Of a stretch of 64,000 nucleotides of DNA, positions 17,087-24,906 are shown in pieces; position 1 is the stretch's first letter; each line of letters begins with the position of its first letter. A program made the translations under genes and the position numbers. Below the pieces are notes generated by a model that was not told the DNA's origin, made no database searches, and was given only the letters and a program-made list of their open reading frames with translations. The stretch covers positions 11,577 through 75,576 of the forward strand of contig JACSRM010000436.1 in assembly GCA_014879745.1 (NCBI GenBank), written 5' to 3'. Origin of the DNA: Burkholderiaceae bacterium (lineage in GTDB: Bacteria; Pseudomonadota; Gammaproteobacteria; Burkholderiales; Burkholderiaceae_C).

Positions 17087-18166
17087 TCAGCGTGCGTGCG
17101 GCAGGTCGACGGCGCGCGTGATGCCGTTCCAGCCGGCCACCAGCAGCGCGTCGGGCCCGAGGCGCAGCAGGTCCGACGGTTGCTGCGCCGAGGTCTGGAC
17201 GACGAGCTCGAGCTTGTCGGCGCTGGGCGTCGCGGCCAGCACCTGACCGGCCTGGTTGGCGAGCCACGTCTCGCCGCCGGCAGCGGGAGCGAGCGCGGTC
17301 AGGCTCACCGGCGCCGGTACGGCAAGCGTCGTCCAGTTCCTGCCGCCATCGCGGCTGCGCAGGGCGGTGCCGCGCAGACCGGCGACGAGCCAGCTGCCGC
17401 CGGCCTCGCGGGCGACGCAGAAGTAGCTGCCCTTGTACGGCGTTTCGACGCGCTCGAAGCTGCCGCCGCCGTCGCCCGAGTACGCGAGCAGCCCCTGCTC
17501 GCCGGCGACGAGCAACTCGACGCCGCTGCGGTACAGCGCATACAGGTGCGCCGACTTCGGGTTGTCGAGCCGCGACGCGATCGACACCCAGGTCTTGCCG
17601 CCGTCCTTCGTCTGCAGCAGCAGGTTGAACGCGCCGGCGACGATGCCATCGCTGTCGTTCGCGAACTGCAGCGCGAGCAGCGGCTTGTCGGTGCCCTCCT
17701 GCACCGCGCGCTCGGCCTCGGCGACAGCCCTGGCGTTGCCGGTGGCCTTGGCGTCGGCGAGCATCAGCTGCGCTGCGGCGCTTCCTTCCAGCTGACGCGT
17801 CCAGTGCTCGCCGCCGTCGTCGCTGCGCAGCACGACGCCGTAGTGGCCGACGGCCCAGCCGACGCGCTCGCTCGCGAACTGCACCGCGGTCAGCGTCGCG
17901 CTGATCGGCACTGATGCCGCCTGACGCCAACTCGAGCCGGCGTCGTCGGAGAGCAGCACGGTGCCGCGCTCGCCGACGGCGACGATGCGCGGCCCGGCCT
18001 GCGCGAGGCCCAGCATCGCCGCGCGCCGCGGATCGCGCAGCCTGAGCGCCGGACGCTCGAGCGGCGCGGCGAGCGCCGCCGCCAGTGCGGCGCGCGGCGC
18101 GCAGGCAGCGGCGGCAGCAGCCGCCAGCCCGCTGCACAGCGTGCGGCGCGACAACGCAACGCTCAC
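17087..18166 (-). CDS. BNR/Asp-box repeat, Ycf48 (photosystem II stability/assembly factor)-like beta-propeller protein, probably Tat-exported
   Basis: GTG start at 18166. N-terminal SRRTLCSGLAAAAAAA twin-arginine-like signal. Repeated S.D.G.(S/T)W motifs (SDDAGSSW, SDDGGEHW, TKDGGKTW, SGDGGGSF, SRDGGRNW). Confidence 0.8.
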   Translation of the reverse strand: MSVALSRRTLCSGLAAAAAAACAPRAALAAALAAPLERPALRLRDPRRAAMLGLAQAGPRIVAVGERGTVLLSDDAGSSWRQAASVPISATLTAVQFASERVGWAVGHYGVVLRSDDGGEHWTRQLEGSAAAQLMLADAKATGNARAVAEAERAVQEGTDKPLLALQFANDSDGIVAGAFNLLLQTKDGGKTWVSIASRLDNPKSAHLYALYRSGVELLVAGEQGLLAYSGDGGGSFERVETPYKGSYFCVAREAGGSWLVAGLRGTALRSRDGGRNWTTLAVPAPVSLTALAPAAGGETWLANQAGQVLAATPSADKLELVVQTSAQQPSDLLRLGPDALLVAGWNGITRAVDLPHAR

Positions 18167-18194
18167 GTCGGCAGCCTCTTCGGTGTTCCGCGCT

Positions 18195-19544
18195 TCAGCG
18201 CACGCCCTCGCCGCCGAGCGACTCGGCGGTGAACGTCGTGTCGGGATAGCGCGGCATGATCTTGTACTGTTCGGCGGCGTCGTTGAGCGCGCTGTCGTAG
18301 TACCAGGCGCCCGAGATCAGGTCGTAGAAACCGAACATCTGCGGCGAGGTCGTCGCCGGAAGGTCGGGCATCACGACCGGGTTCGCGAAGCCCATCTGCC
18401 ATAGCTGCCCGTTCGCATCCCAGTGGTCGGCGAGCACCGCGATCCACGTGTCTTCGTCGAGGTAGTAGCGGCGCTTGGGCGACTGGTGGCGCTTGCCGGC
18501 GGCGACCGTCGCCTCGATCACCCATACACGGTGCAGCTCCCAGCGCATCGCGTCCGGATTCAGGTGATGCGGCATCACCGCGCCTGCCTCGGGCGTCGCA
18601 AGCAGCTTGTTGCCGTTGTACGGGATCAGCATCTCCTTCTTGCCAACGATCTTCCAGTCGAAGCGGTCGATACGGCCGTTGAAAACGTCGGTCTGGTCGA
18701 ACATCGACACGCCCGCGCTGGCCGGCGTCGGCGTGTCGCAGCAGGCGTTGGGCACCTTGCGAACGCGGCGCTGGCCGGTGACGTAGACCCAAACCTGGGT
18801 CTTGTCGCCGTTGAGGTGCTCGCGACCGACGATGCCCTCGCCGGCGCGCAGCGGCGGACCTGACATCATCATCTTGATCATCCAGAACGTGGCGTCGAAC
18901 TTCGCCGGGTCGCCGTCCTTGAAGTAGTACGGCATCTGGAAGTCGCCCGACGCGATGCCAGTGACGACGTGCTTGCCGTCCGACGTGCTCTGGATGGCCT
19001 TGATCGCGACATGCCAGGCTTCGCCGCGCCAGCGCAGCGTATGGTTCCAGATCGCCTCGGCGCCGCTCTTGGGGATCGGGAACGGGATGCCGCCGTAGGC
19101 GTTCACCGGGATCATGTCCTTCAGCTCGGCCTTCACGGCGTTCTTCGCCGTGTTGTCGTAGACCCACTGCGGCGCCGCCGCGGTGCGCCGCGTCGGGTAG
19201 ACGTCGATGCGAAAGCTCTCCGGATACTTTTTCAGCATCGCCTTCGCGCCCTCGGTCAGCTTGTCGGCGTGCTGGTCCATGTTCTTCGCCGTCACCTGGT
19301 AGAGCGGCTTGTCGGCGGCGAACGGGTCGGCGCGCTTGCCGCCGTTCTGGAATCCGGCGATGGGCGTCGTGTAGCCGCCGTCCCACGCCGGAATGCTGCC
19401 GTCCTTGTTGCCCGCCTTCTCGGCGCCGAAGGGCGTCAGTTCGGTCTTCAGCTTCGCCGCCTCTTCCGCCGAGACGGCGGCAAGGGCGGCCTGGCCGCCT
19501 GCGGCAAGCGCGGCGACGGCGACGATCGTCGAGAGTTTGAACAT
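18195..19544 (-). CDS. DUF1329-family periplasmic protein (LolA-like outer-membrane lipoprotein-sorting fold)
   Basis: Internal ATG 19544 of track ORF 18195..21533, with AGGAGA upstream. Signal peptide MFKLSTIVAVAALAAGGQAALA, then ...LTPFGAEKAGNKDGSIPAWDGG..., the hallmark DUF1329 N-terminus. Confidence 0.8.
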   Translation of the reverse strand: MFKLSTIVAVAALAAGGQAALAAVSAEEAAKLKTELTPFGAEKAGNKDGSIPAWDGGYTTPIAGFQNGGKRADPFAADKPLYQVTAKNMDQHADKLTEGAKAMLKKYPESFRIDVYPTRRTAAAPQWVYDNTAKNAVKAELKDMIPVNAYGGIPFPIPKSGAEAIWNHTLRWRGEAWHVAIKAIQSTSDGKHVVTGIASGDFQMPYYFKDGDPAKFDATFWMIKMMMSGPPLRAGEGIVGREHLNGDKTQVWVYVTGQRRVRKVPNACCDTPTPASAGVSMFDQTDVFNGRIDRFDWKIVGKKEMLIPYNGNKLLATPEAGAVMPHHLNPDAMRWELHRVWVIEATVAAGKRHQSPKRRYYLDEDTWIAVLADHWDANGQLWQMGFANPVVMPDLPATTSPQMFGFYDLISGAWYYDSALNDAAEQYKIMPRYPDTTFTAESLGGEGVR

Positions 19545-19561
19545 GCGTGGGTCTCCTGGAT

Positions 19562-21256
19562 TCAGAACGTGCGGCGGATATTGAGCGACACGTAGTCGCG
19601 GTCGCCCCAATACTGCTTGAACATCTGGTGGCCGAACGCGATGAACGGCGCCGAGCTTCCGAAGTAATGCGTGTAGCTCAACCCGAAACGCCAGACGTCG
19701 AGGTACGAGCCGTTGAGGCCGACGCTGATGTCGCCGATACCTTCGCCCTGGAATGCGCCGACCACCGACGAGTTGCCGTCGATGCCGTAGCCGACGCCGA
19801 CCGGCACCGACAGGTCGACGCCGGGGAAGACCTGGCGGTACTTCGGCTCGAAGACGAAACGGATGTTGGTCGCGTTGCGCGTCGCGAGCGGGTTGACGGC
19901 GTTCGGATTCCTGCTCACCGAGAGCAACCGGTTCCACGCCAGCTCGCCGACGAAGTCGGCCTCGTTGGCGAGGAAGGTCGGGCCGAGGCTCGCGATCCAG
20001 TTGATCTGCGCATGCACCGACTTTCCGACCGCGTACAGCGGGTTGTCGCTGTTGTTGCCGCCGCTCAGGTTGACCTGCGCGTCGCTGCTGACCGGCGTGT
20101 TCCAGCGGTAAGACACCTCGGCGCCGAAGTTGACCTTGTCGAACGTCGTATTCGCGCTCGCGCCGACGGCGCGGATCCCCTCGTGGAAGACGAACTGGTA
20201 GTTGCCGACCTGCAGCCCCTTCGAGAACGGCACCGGCGCCGCGAACGGGACCAGGTACGGACCGGACGGGCCGTGGTCGTTCCACTGCACCGCGTACAGG
20301 CCGTAGTCGGTCTCGGCGACGTGGAAGCGCAGCTGCAGCCCGAACTGGCCGCTGTTCTTCGCGTGCATGTTCTCGATATGGTTGAACGACACGTTGCCGA
20401 GCGGCGAGTAGCCGACGATCAGCCGCTCGGCACCGGTGCCGAGCGCGTCCATGAACGAGAAGTAGCTTCCGGACGCCGGCAGGCGGTCGGACTTCCACTC
20501 GAACATGTAGTAGCCGCCGACCATGACCTCGGGCGTGATCTGCAGTTGGCCCGAGACCTGATTCACCGGCATCATGAATTCCTTGAACTGCGCGTTCGGC
20601 ACTGTCGCCGCCTTGATGACGTCGATTGGCGCCTGCGCCGCGGCGATGCCGTTGGCGCCGAACATCAGGCTCTCGCCGTAGAGCAGCGTGTGCTTGCCCA
20701 AGCGGACCGTTCCGCGCATGCCGTCGCCGAGCGTGCCCTTGGCGAACACGAAGGCGTCGAGCAATTCGGCGTCCGCGCCCATCAGCACCTGGGTCGCGTG
20801 CGTGAACTGGTTGGCATCGACCGAGATCGGGTTGGCCGTTGTCGGCGAGTTGTTGGCGTTGCCGTCGCGCCGGTAGATCGTGTCGTACCAGCCGGCGCCC
20901 GAGACGCGGGCGCCGATATTGCGGTACAGGATGTCGAGTTCGCTCAGGATGTCGAGCCGGTTCGAGACCGGGCCGGTCTTGAAGTTGCGGCTCCCGTCGT
21001 CGGTGTTCGGAAAATAGCTTGGCGACGCCGGGTCGTAGTTCGGCAGCGTGCTGCCAACGATCGCCTCCGAAGAGCCCTCGACGCGAAACGTAGCGCTGTA
21101 CTTGAACGTTGTGTCCCAGAGGATCTTCAGGTCGGGGTCGCCTGTCTCGATCTGGAATGCCGCTGCCGGTAGCGCAAGTGCGGCGGCGATGGCGCCGACG
21201 CTCAGCGGCGCGCTGCGATACCGCGCCCTGTTCGGCGCTCGCATGAACATGGGCAT
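19562..21256 (-). CDS. DUF1302-family putative outer-membrane beta-barrel protein
   Basis: Start moved to ATG 21256 (MPMFMRAPN...), with GAGAGGA upstream. Signal peptide, then ...FQIETGDPDLKILWDTTFKYSATFRV... typical of DUF1302. C-terminal ...YVSLNIRRTF ends in an aromatic residue, as in OM barrels. Confidence 0.8.
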   Translation of the reverse strand: MPMFMRAPNRARYRSAPLSVGAIAAALALPAAAFQIETGDPDLKILWDTTFKYSATFRVEGSSEAIVGSTLPNYDPASPSYFPNTDDGSRNFKTGPVSNRLDILSELDILYRNIGARVSGAGWYDTIYRRDGNANNSPTTANPISVDANQFTHATQVLMGADAELLDAFVFAKGTLGDGMRGTVRLGKHTLLYGESLMFGANGIAAAQAPIDVIKAATVPNAQFKEFMMPVNQVSGQLQITPEVMVGGYYMFEWKSDRLPASGSYFSFMDALGTGAERLIVGYSPLGNVSFNHIENMHAKNSGQFGLQLRFHVAETDYGLYAVQWNDHGPSGPYLVPFAAPVPFSKGLQVGNYQFVFHEGIRAVGASANTTFDKVNFGAEVSYRWNTPVSSDAQVNLSGGNNSDNPLYAVGKSVHAQINWIASLGPTFLANEADFVGELAWNRLLSVSRNPNAVNPLATRNATNIRFVFEPKYRQVFPGVDLSVPVGVGYGIDGNSSVVGAFQGEGIGDISVGLNGSYLDVWRFGLSYTHYFGSSAPFIAFGHQMFKQYWGDRDYVSLNIRRTF

Positions 21257-21370
21257 GGTTGTCCTCTCGATGATTGAATGTGAGTCGGCCAAACGCACGA
21301 ACAACAGTGGGTTGCGATGTCCGGCGTCCGTTTGTTGGGGCCGCAATGTAGGCTGATCGATCGCGCAATG

Positions 21371-21413
21371 CACGTCGGTTTTCGCGATGCAACGCATCGC
21401 GTGGTGCGATTTC
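21371..21413 (+). promoter_or_regulatory. four-element operator, site A (cacgtcg-N5-CGCGATG-N5-CATCGCG-N5-CGATTTC)
   Basis: Read directly. Perfect 7-5-7 palindrome at 21383..21401 plus the flanking element CGATTTC at 21407..21413. Lies in the divergent region between DUF1302 (start 21256, minus) and the EthD-like gene (start 21691, plus). Confidence 0.6.
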
Positions 21414-21460
21414 AGGGTCAACCCGAATGCGCTTGGGCGCTCGCAGAAACGCCGCACAGC

Positions 21461-21503
21461 GCAATCGGAATTCGCGATGCAAGGCATCGCACGAATGGAC
21501 TTC
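21461..21503 (+). promoter_or_regulatory. four-element operator, site B (GCAATCG-N5-CGCGATG-N5-CATCGCA-N5-ggacttc)
   Basis: Read directly. Same 12-bp phasing as site A, 90 bp downstream of it. Confidence 0.6.
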
Positions 21504-21690
21504 ACGCCGCTCGCCGGCGTCGATATCCTGCATCGCGCACTTCGATCGCTCTCACTTCCTGCCGCGCCCGCGGACCGACCATGGCAGCAACTTCACCAGA
21601 AAATCATCGCGCGGCGATCGAGTCGCGCGCGGACCGCCGGATCTCGATTCGTGCGCCGATCACCCTGGCCGCGAGCGACGCGGAGGCAGC

Positions 21691-22479
21691 ATGAGCGCGG
21701 GCGGAATGTGCAAACTCGTGGTCCTGCACGATCTATTGTCGAACAACGACCGACCGGCGCTCGAGCGCTGGTTCCGGCGCCAACACTGCCCCGAAGTGCT
21801 GGCTCAGGCGCCATGGATGACGCGCTACGTGATGTACCGCTGCCAGCCGCCGCCGCCGGGCGCCGAGGGGCTTGCCTGCTTCAACTATCGCGTGCACGAG
21901 AACTGGGTGCGCGGCAGCGACGAGCGTCGCGGTGTCGCAGGACTCCTGTCCATGTCGCCGCAGCCGGGCGAGATGGATGTCGTGCTGCTGACCGTTCCAG
22001 CCGAGCCGAGCGACGACTTTCTCGGGGCCGACCTCAGGTTCGACGACACGACGATCCTGCGCTGGATGCAAGTCATTGCCTGGCCCGACGGTGTCGACGA
22101 AGCCGCCGCGGAGAGCTGGTACCTCAACGTCCACGCGCCCGAGGTATGCAGACAACCGGGGCTGATTCGCTTCTTCAGCCACAGGGCCGCGCCCTCGAGC
22201 GGACCGCCGATCCCATCGTCTGCCGGACAGCGGCCGTTCGTGTCCCGGCTACCGCCGCTGTTCGGCAAGCGCTGGCGCCGGCTGACCGAGCTGTGGTACG
22301 CGAACGACGCCGCATGGATCAGGGCCGTGCTCGAACAACCCCCGCACTACACGCCGCCGCCCTGGGGACCGATGCGTGGCTACCCATTTCTGGAACCCGG
22401 CAGCGACTTCGTTTCGGCCTTCCTGCTCGAACACCCGGACCAGAATCTGCTGCGCGACTGCGAGCATCGAATGTTCTGA
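21691..22479 (+). CDS. hypothetical protein with two EthD/dimeric-alpha-beta-barrel-like repeats
   Basis: ATG 21691 with GGAGG 4 nt upstream (internal to track ORF 21427..22479). Two similar segments (...RPALERWFRRQHCPEVLAQ... and ...EAAAESWYLNVHAPEVCRQ...). The family assignment is tentative. Confidence 0.55.
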   Translation: MSAGGMCKLVVLHDLLSNNDRPALERWFRRQHCPEVLAQAPWMTRYVMYRCQPPPPGAEGLACFNYRVHENWVRGSDERRGVAGLLSMSPQPGEMDVVLLTVPAEPSDDFLGADLRFDDTTILRWMQVIAWPDGVDEAAAESWYLNVHAPEVCRQPGLIRFFSHRAAPSSGPPIPSSAGQRPFVSRLPPLFGKRWRRLTELWYANDAAWIRAVLEQPPHYTPPPWGPMRGYPFLEPGSDFVSAFLLEHPDQNLLRDCEHRMF

Positions 22480-22507
22480 TCCGCGCAGCGTGGCGCGGGC
22501 ATGCGTC

Positions 22508-22550
22508 GGCATTGCAACGCGCGATGCGCGCCATCGCGATAAACGATTTC
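22508..22550 (+). promoter_or_regulatory. four-element operator, site C (ggcattg-N5-CGCGATG-N5-CATCGCG-N5-CGATTTC)
   Basis: Perfect 7-5-7 palindrome at 22520..22538 and CGATTTC at 22544..22550. Ends 47 nt before ATG 22598. Confidence 0.6.
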
Positions 22551-22597
22551 CGCCGGGTTGCACGCGCTCGTTACCCTTCGGCCTCGGAGGCCTTCAA

Positions 22598-24466
22598 ATG
22601 ACACAAGCAAGCTACGATATCGTCACGATGGGTGCCGGCCACAACGGCCTGGTCGCGGCGGCGTACCTGGCCAAGGCCGGCAAGAAGGTGCTCGTGCTCG
22701 AGCGCAAGGCCTATCCGGGCGGTGGCGTCAGCACGCAGCAACTCAACGCGCCCGGCTACTGGCACGACGAGCACTCGAGCGTGCACATCATGATCCAGGG
22801 CAACCCGATGCTGCGCCAGGACGAGCTCGGGTTGATCTCGAAGCACGGGTTGAAGTACCACTACTCCCCGGTGCCGCACGCGACGATCTTCCCCGATCAA
22901 TCGGTGCTCTACACCTACAAGGACATCGACAAGACCTGCGAAGGCCTGGCCAAGGTCTCGGCGAAGGATGCCGAAACCTACCGCGGCTTCGTGAAGATGA
23001 GCCAGGAGATCCTGAAAGTCTTCATGCCCGGGCTCTACGCGCCACCTCCGCCGCTCGGGGAACTCGTCGCGATGCTCGACCGCAGCGACGAAGGGCGGTT
23101 GATGCTCGACTACATGAACCGCGACTGCCTCGACCTCGTGAACCGGCTCTACGAGAGCGACAAGGTCAAGATCCACCTGCTGCGCCTGGTCACCGAGAAC
23201 CTGCAGATGCCCAACGAACTGGGTACCGGCATGGGCGTGCTGCTGATGCCCGGCATCATCCATACGTACGGCGTCTCGCAGCCGGTGGGCGGCAGCGGCA
23301 AGCTCACCGAGTCGCTCGTGCGCTGCCTCGAGTCGCACGGCGGCGAGCTGCGCTGCAACGCCGAGGTGGCGCGCATACTGGTGAGGGACGGCCGTGCGGC
23401 CGGTGTCGAACTGGCCTGCGGCGAGCGCGTCGCGGCGCGCGACGCCGTGATCGGCGCGATCCACCCGCATGTGGTGCGCAAGTTCGTCGACGGCGTGCCC
23501 GAGCCGGTGCTGCAGCGCGCCGAGCGCGCGGCGCTGGCGCCGTTCTCGATCATGGTCAGCCATTACGCCCTGAACGAGAACGCCCGCTACTACGCGGGTG
23601 AGGAAGTCGGCCAGGCGACGATGCTCGAGTTCATGGCGACCGATCGGCTCGACGAGATGCTGGCCGACTTCGACGACCTCAAGCGCGGCCTGGTCACCGA
23701 GCGGCGACTGTGCGCCGGCGGCGACGAGAGCATCAGCGACAAGACGCGCGTGCCGCCGGGCAAGGGCTTGTTCCACGGCATCACCTTCGCACCTTACGAC
23801 GTGAAGGACAAGCGCTGGGCCGGCCGCGGCTGGGACGACATCAAGGAAGAGCTGGGCGACTTGTCGCTCGCGCATTACCGCAAGTTCGTCGCCAATCTCA
23901 CCAGCGACAACATCGTCGCACGCACCATCGTGAGCCCGCTCGACCTCGAACGCTCGAGCCCCAACAGCATGATGCGCGGCGACCTGCACGGCGTCGCGCC
24001 GTACTTCTACCAGAGCGCCGGCCACCGCCCGACACCCGACCTCGGGCAGTACACCGTGCCCGGCGTCGAGCGCCTGTACCTTGCGGGCCCGTTCCAGCAT
24101 CCGGGCGGTGGCGTCTACGGCGCAGGCCGCGCGACCGCCATCAAGATGTTCGGGCAACTCGGCATGGACTTCACCAGCGTCAGCGGCGGCAGCCGCCAGG
24201 ACCTCGGCGTGCCGGCGACGGCGGCCGCGGTGAAGAGGGACGGGATGGTGCTCAGGGGCCCGGCCGACGAGGAGCTGATGCACGTCGAGTCGCTCGAGCG
24301 CCACGGCGGCGAGCTGGTGATCAAGGGCAAGAGCTTCGGCACGATGCCGATGGAGGCGCGGCTAGACGGCCCTTCTGCGCGCGCGGGGCTCAAGATGCTC
24401 GGGCTGTCCAAGCTCGCCTTCCTGGCCACGCTGCCGCTTCGCAGAGGCAACCGGCATGAACCGTGA
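22598..24466 (+). CDS. phytoene-desaturase (CrtI)-family NAD(P)/FAD-dependent oxidoreductase with extra C-terminal ~95-100 aa
   Basis: ATG 22598 (GGAGG upstream). N-terminal dinucleotide fold YDIVTMGAGHNGLVAAAYLAKAGKKVLVLER. C-terminal FAD motif ...LYLAGPFQHPGGGVYGAGRATA... followed by about 97 further residues of unknown nature. Confidence 0.8.
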   Translation: MTQASYDIVTMGAGHNGLVAAAYLAKAGKKVLVLERKAYPGGGVSTQQLNAPGYWHDEHSSVHIMIQGNPMLRQDELGLISKHGLKYHYSPVPHATIFPDQSVLYTYKDIDKTCEGLAKVSAKDAETYRGFVKMSQEILKVFMPGLYAPPPPLGELVAMLDRSDEGRLMLDYMNRDCLDLVNRLYESDKVKIHLLRLVTENLQMPNELGTGMGVLLMPGIIHTYGVSQPVGGSGKLTESLVRCLESHGGELRCNAEVARILVRDGRAAGVELACGERVAARDAVIGAIHPHVVRKFVDGVPEPVLQRAERAALAPFSIMVSHYALNENARYYAGEEVGQATMLEFMATDRLDEMLADFDDLKRGLVTERRLCAGGDESISDKTRVPPGKGLFHGITFAPYDVKDKRWAGRGWDDIKEELGDLSLAHYRKFVANLTSDNIVARTIVSPLDLERSSPNSMMRGDLHGVAPYFYQSAGHRPTPDLGQYTVPGVERLYLAGPFQHPGGGVYGAGRATAIKMFGQLGMDFTSVSGGSRQDLGVPATAAAVKRDGMVLRGPADEELMHVESLERHGGELVIKGKSFGTMPMEARLDGPSARAGLKMLGLSKLAFLATLPLRRGNRHEP

Positions 24467-24878
24467 GCGCTTCGGCGACTACCTGCGGCGCTTCAATGCA
24501 CGCGACGCGAGCGCCTTCGACGACTATCTGACACCCGATGTCGCCGTTCGCAACGGCGGCCTGCATTACCGCGGCGTGCAGGCGATGAAGGACCACTACG
24601 CGAAGATCTGGAACAGCATGCAAGAGACGCTGCACCTGCAGCGCTTCGTCGCCGACGGCGAGACGATGGCGGTCGAGCTGCACACCGAGTTCGTCGCCGT
24701 GCGCGACGACGCCGATTCGGTCTTCGGTCCGGTGCAGGCTGGCGAGCGCTTCGACTACCGCGGCATCGTGATGTACCGCCTGCGCGGCGGACGCATCGCC
24801 GACATCTGCGTGTCCTACCTCGGCTTCGAGCGCACCGGACTCGATGGCGTGCAGCGTTCGCTCGGCATCCCGCACTGA
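24456..24878 (+). CDS. SnoaL/NTF2-like fold protein
   Basis: 140 aa. ...YLRRFNARDASAFDDYLTPDV... is typical of SnoaL-like polyketide-cyclase/NTF2 domains. Overlaps the upstream gene by 11 nt. Confidence 0.65.
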   Translation: MNRERFGDYLRRFNARDASAFDDYLTPDVAVRNGGLHYRGVQAMKDHYAKIWNSMQETLHLQRFVADGETMAVELHTEFVAVRDDADSVFGPVQAGERFDYRGIVMYRLRGGRIADICVSYLGFERTGLDGVQRSLGIPH

Positions 24879-24906
24879 TGGCCCGCACCGCTGCACGGAG
24901 AAGACT

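Noticed and set aside
19545-21533. N-terminal 663 residues of the 1112-aa track ORF 18195..21533
   Set aside because: This part overlaps the DUF1302 gene in another frame and has shadow-ORF composition. The DUF1329 protein starts at the internal ATG 19544, which has a signal peptide and an AGGAGA RBS.
22571-24304. 577-aa minus-strand ORF opposite the CrtI-like gene, plus similar shadow ORFs elsewhere (14336..15523, 15659..16687, 17067..18137, 38073..39149, 39109..40110, 56044..57504)
   Set aside because: No family signal, extreme Arg/Ala/Pro content, and each is antisense or out of frame to a gene with clear motifs.
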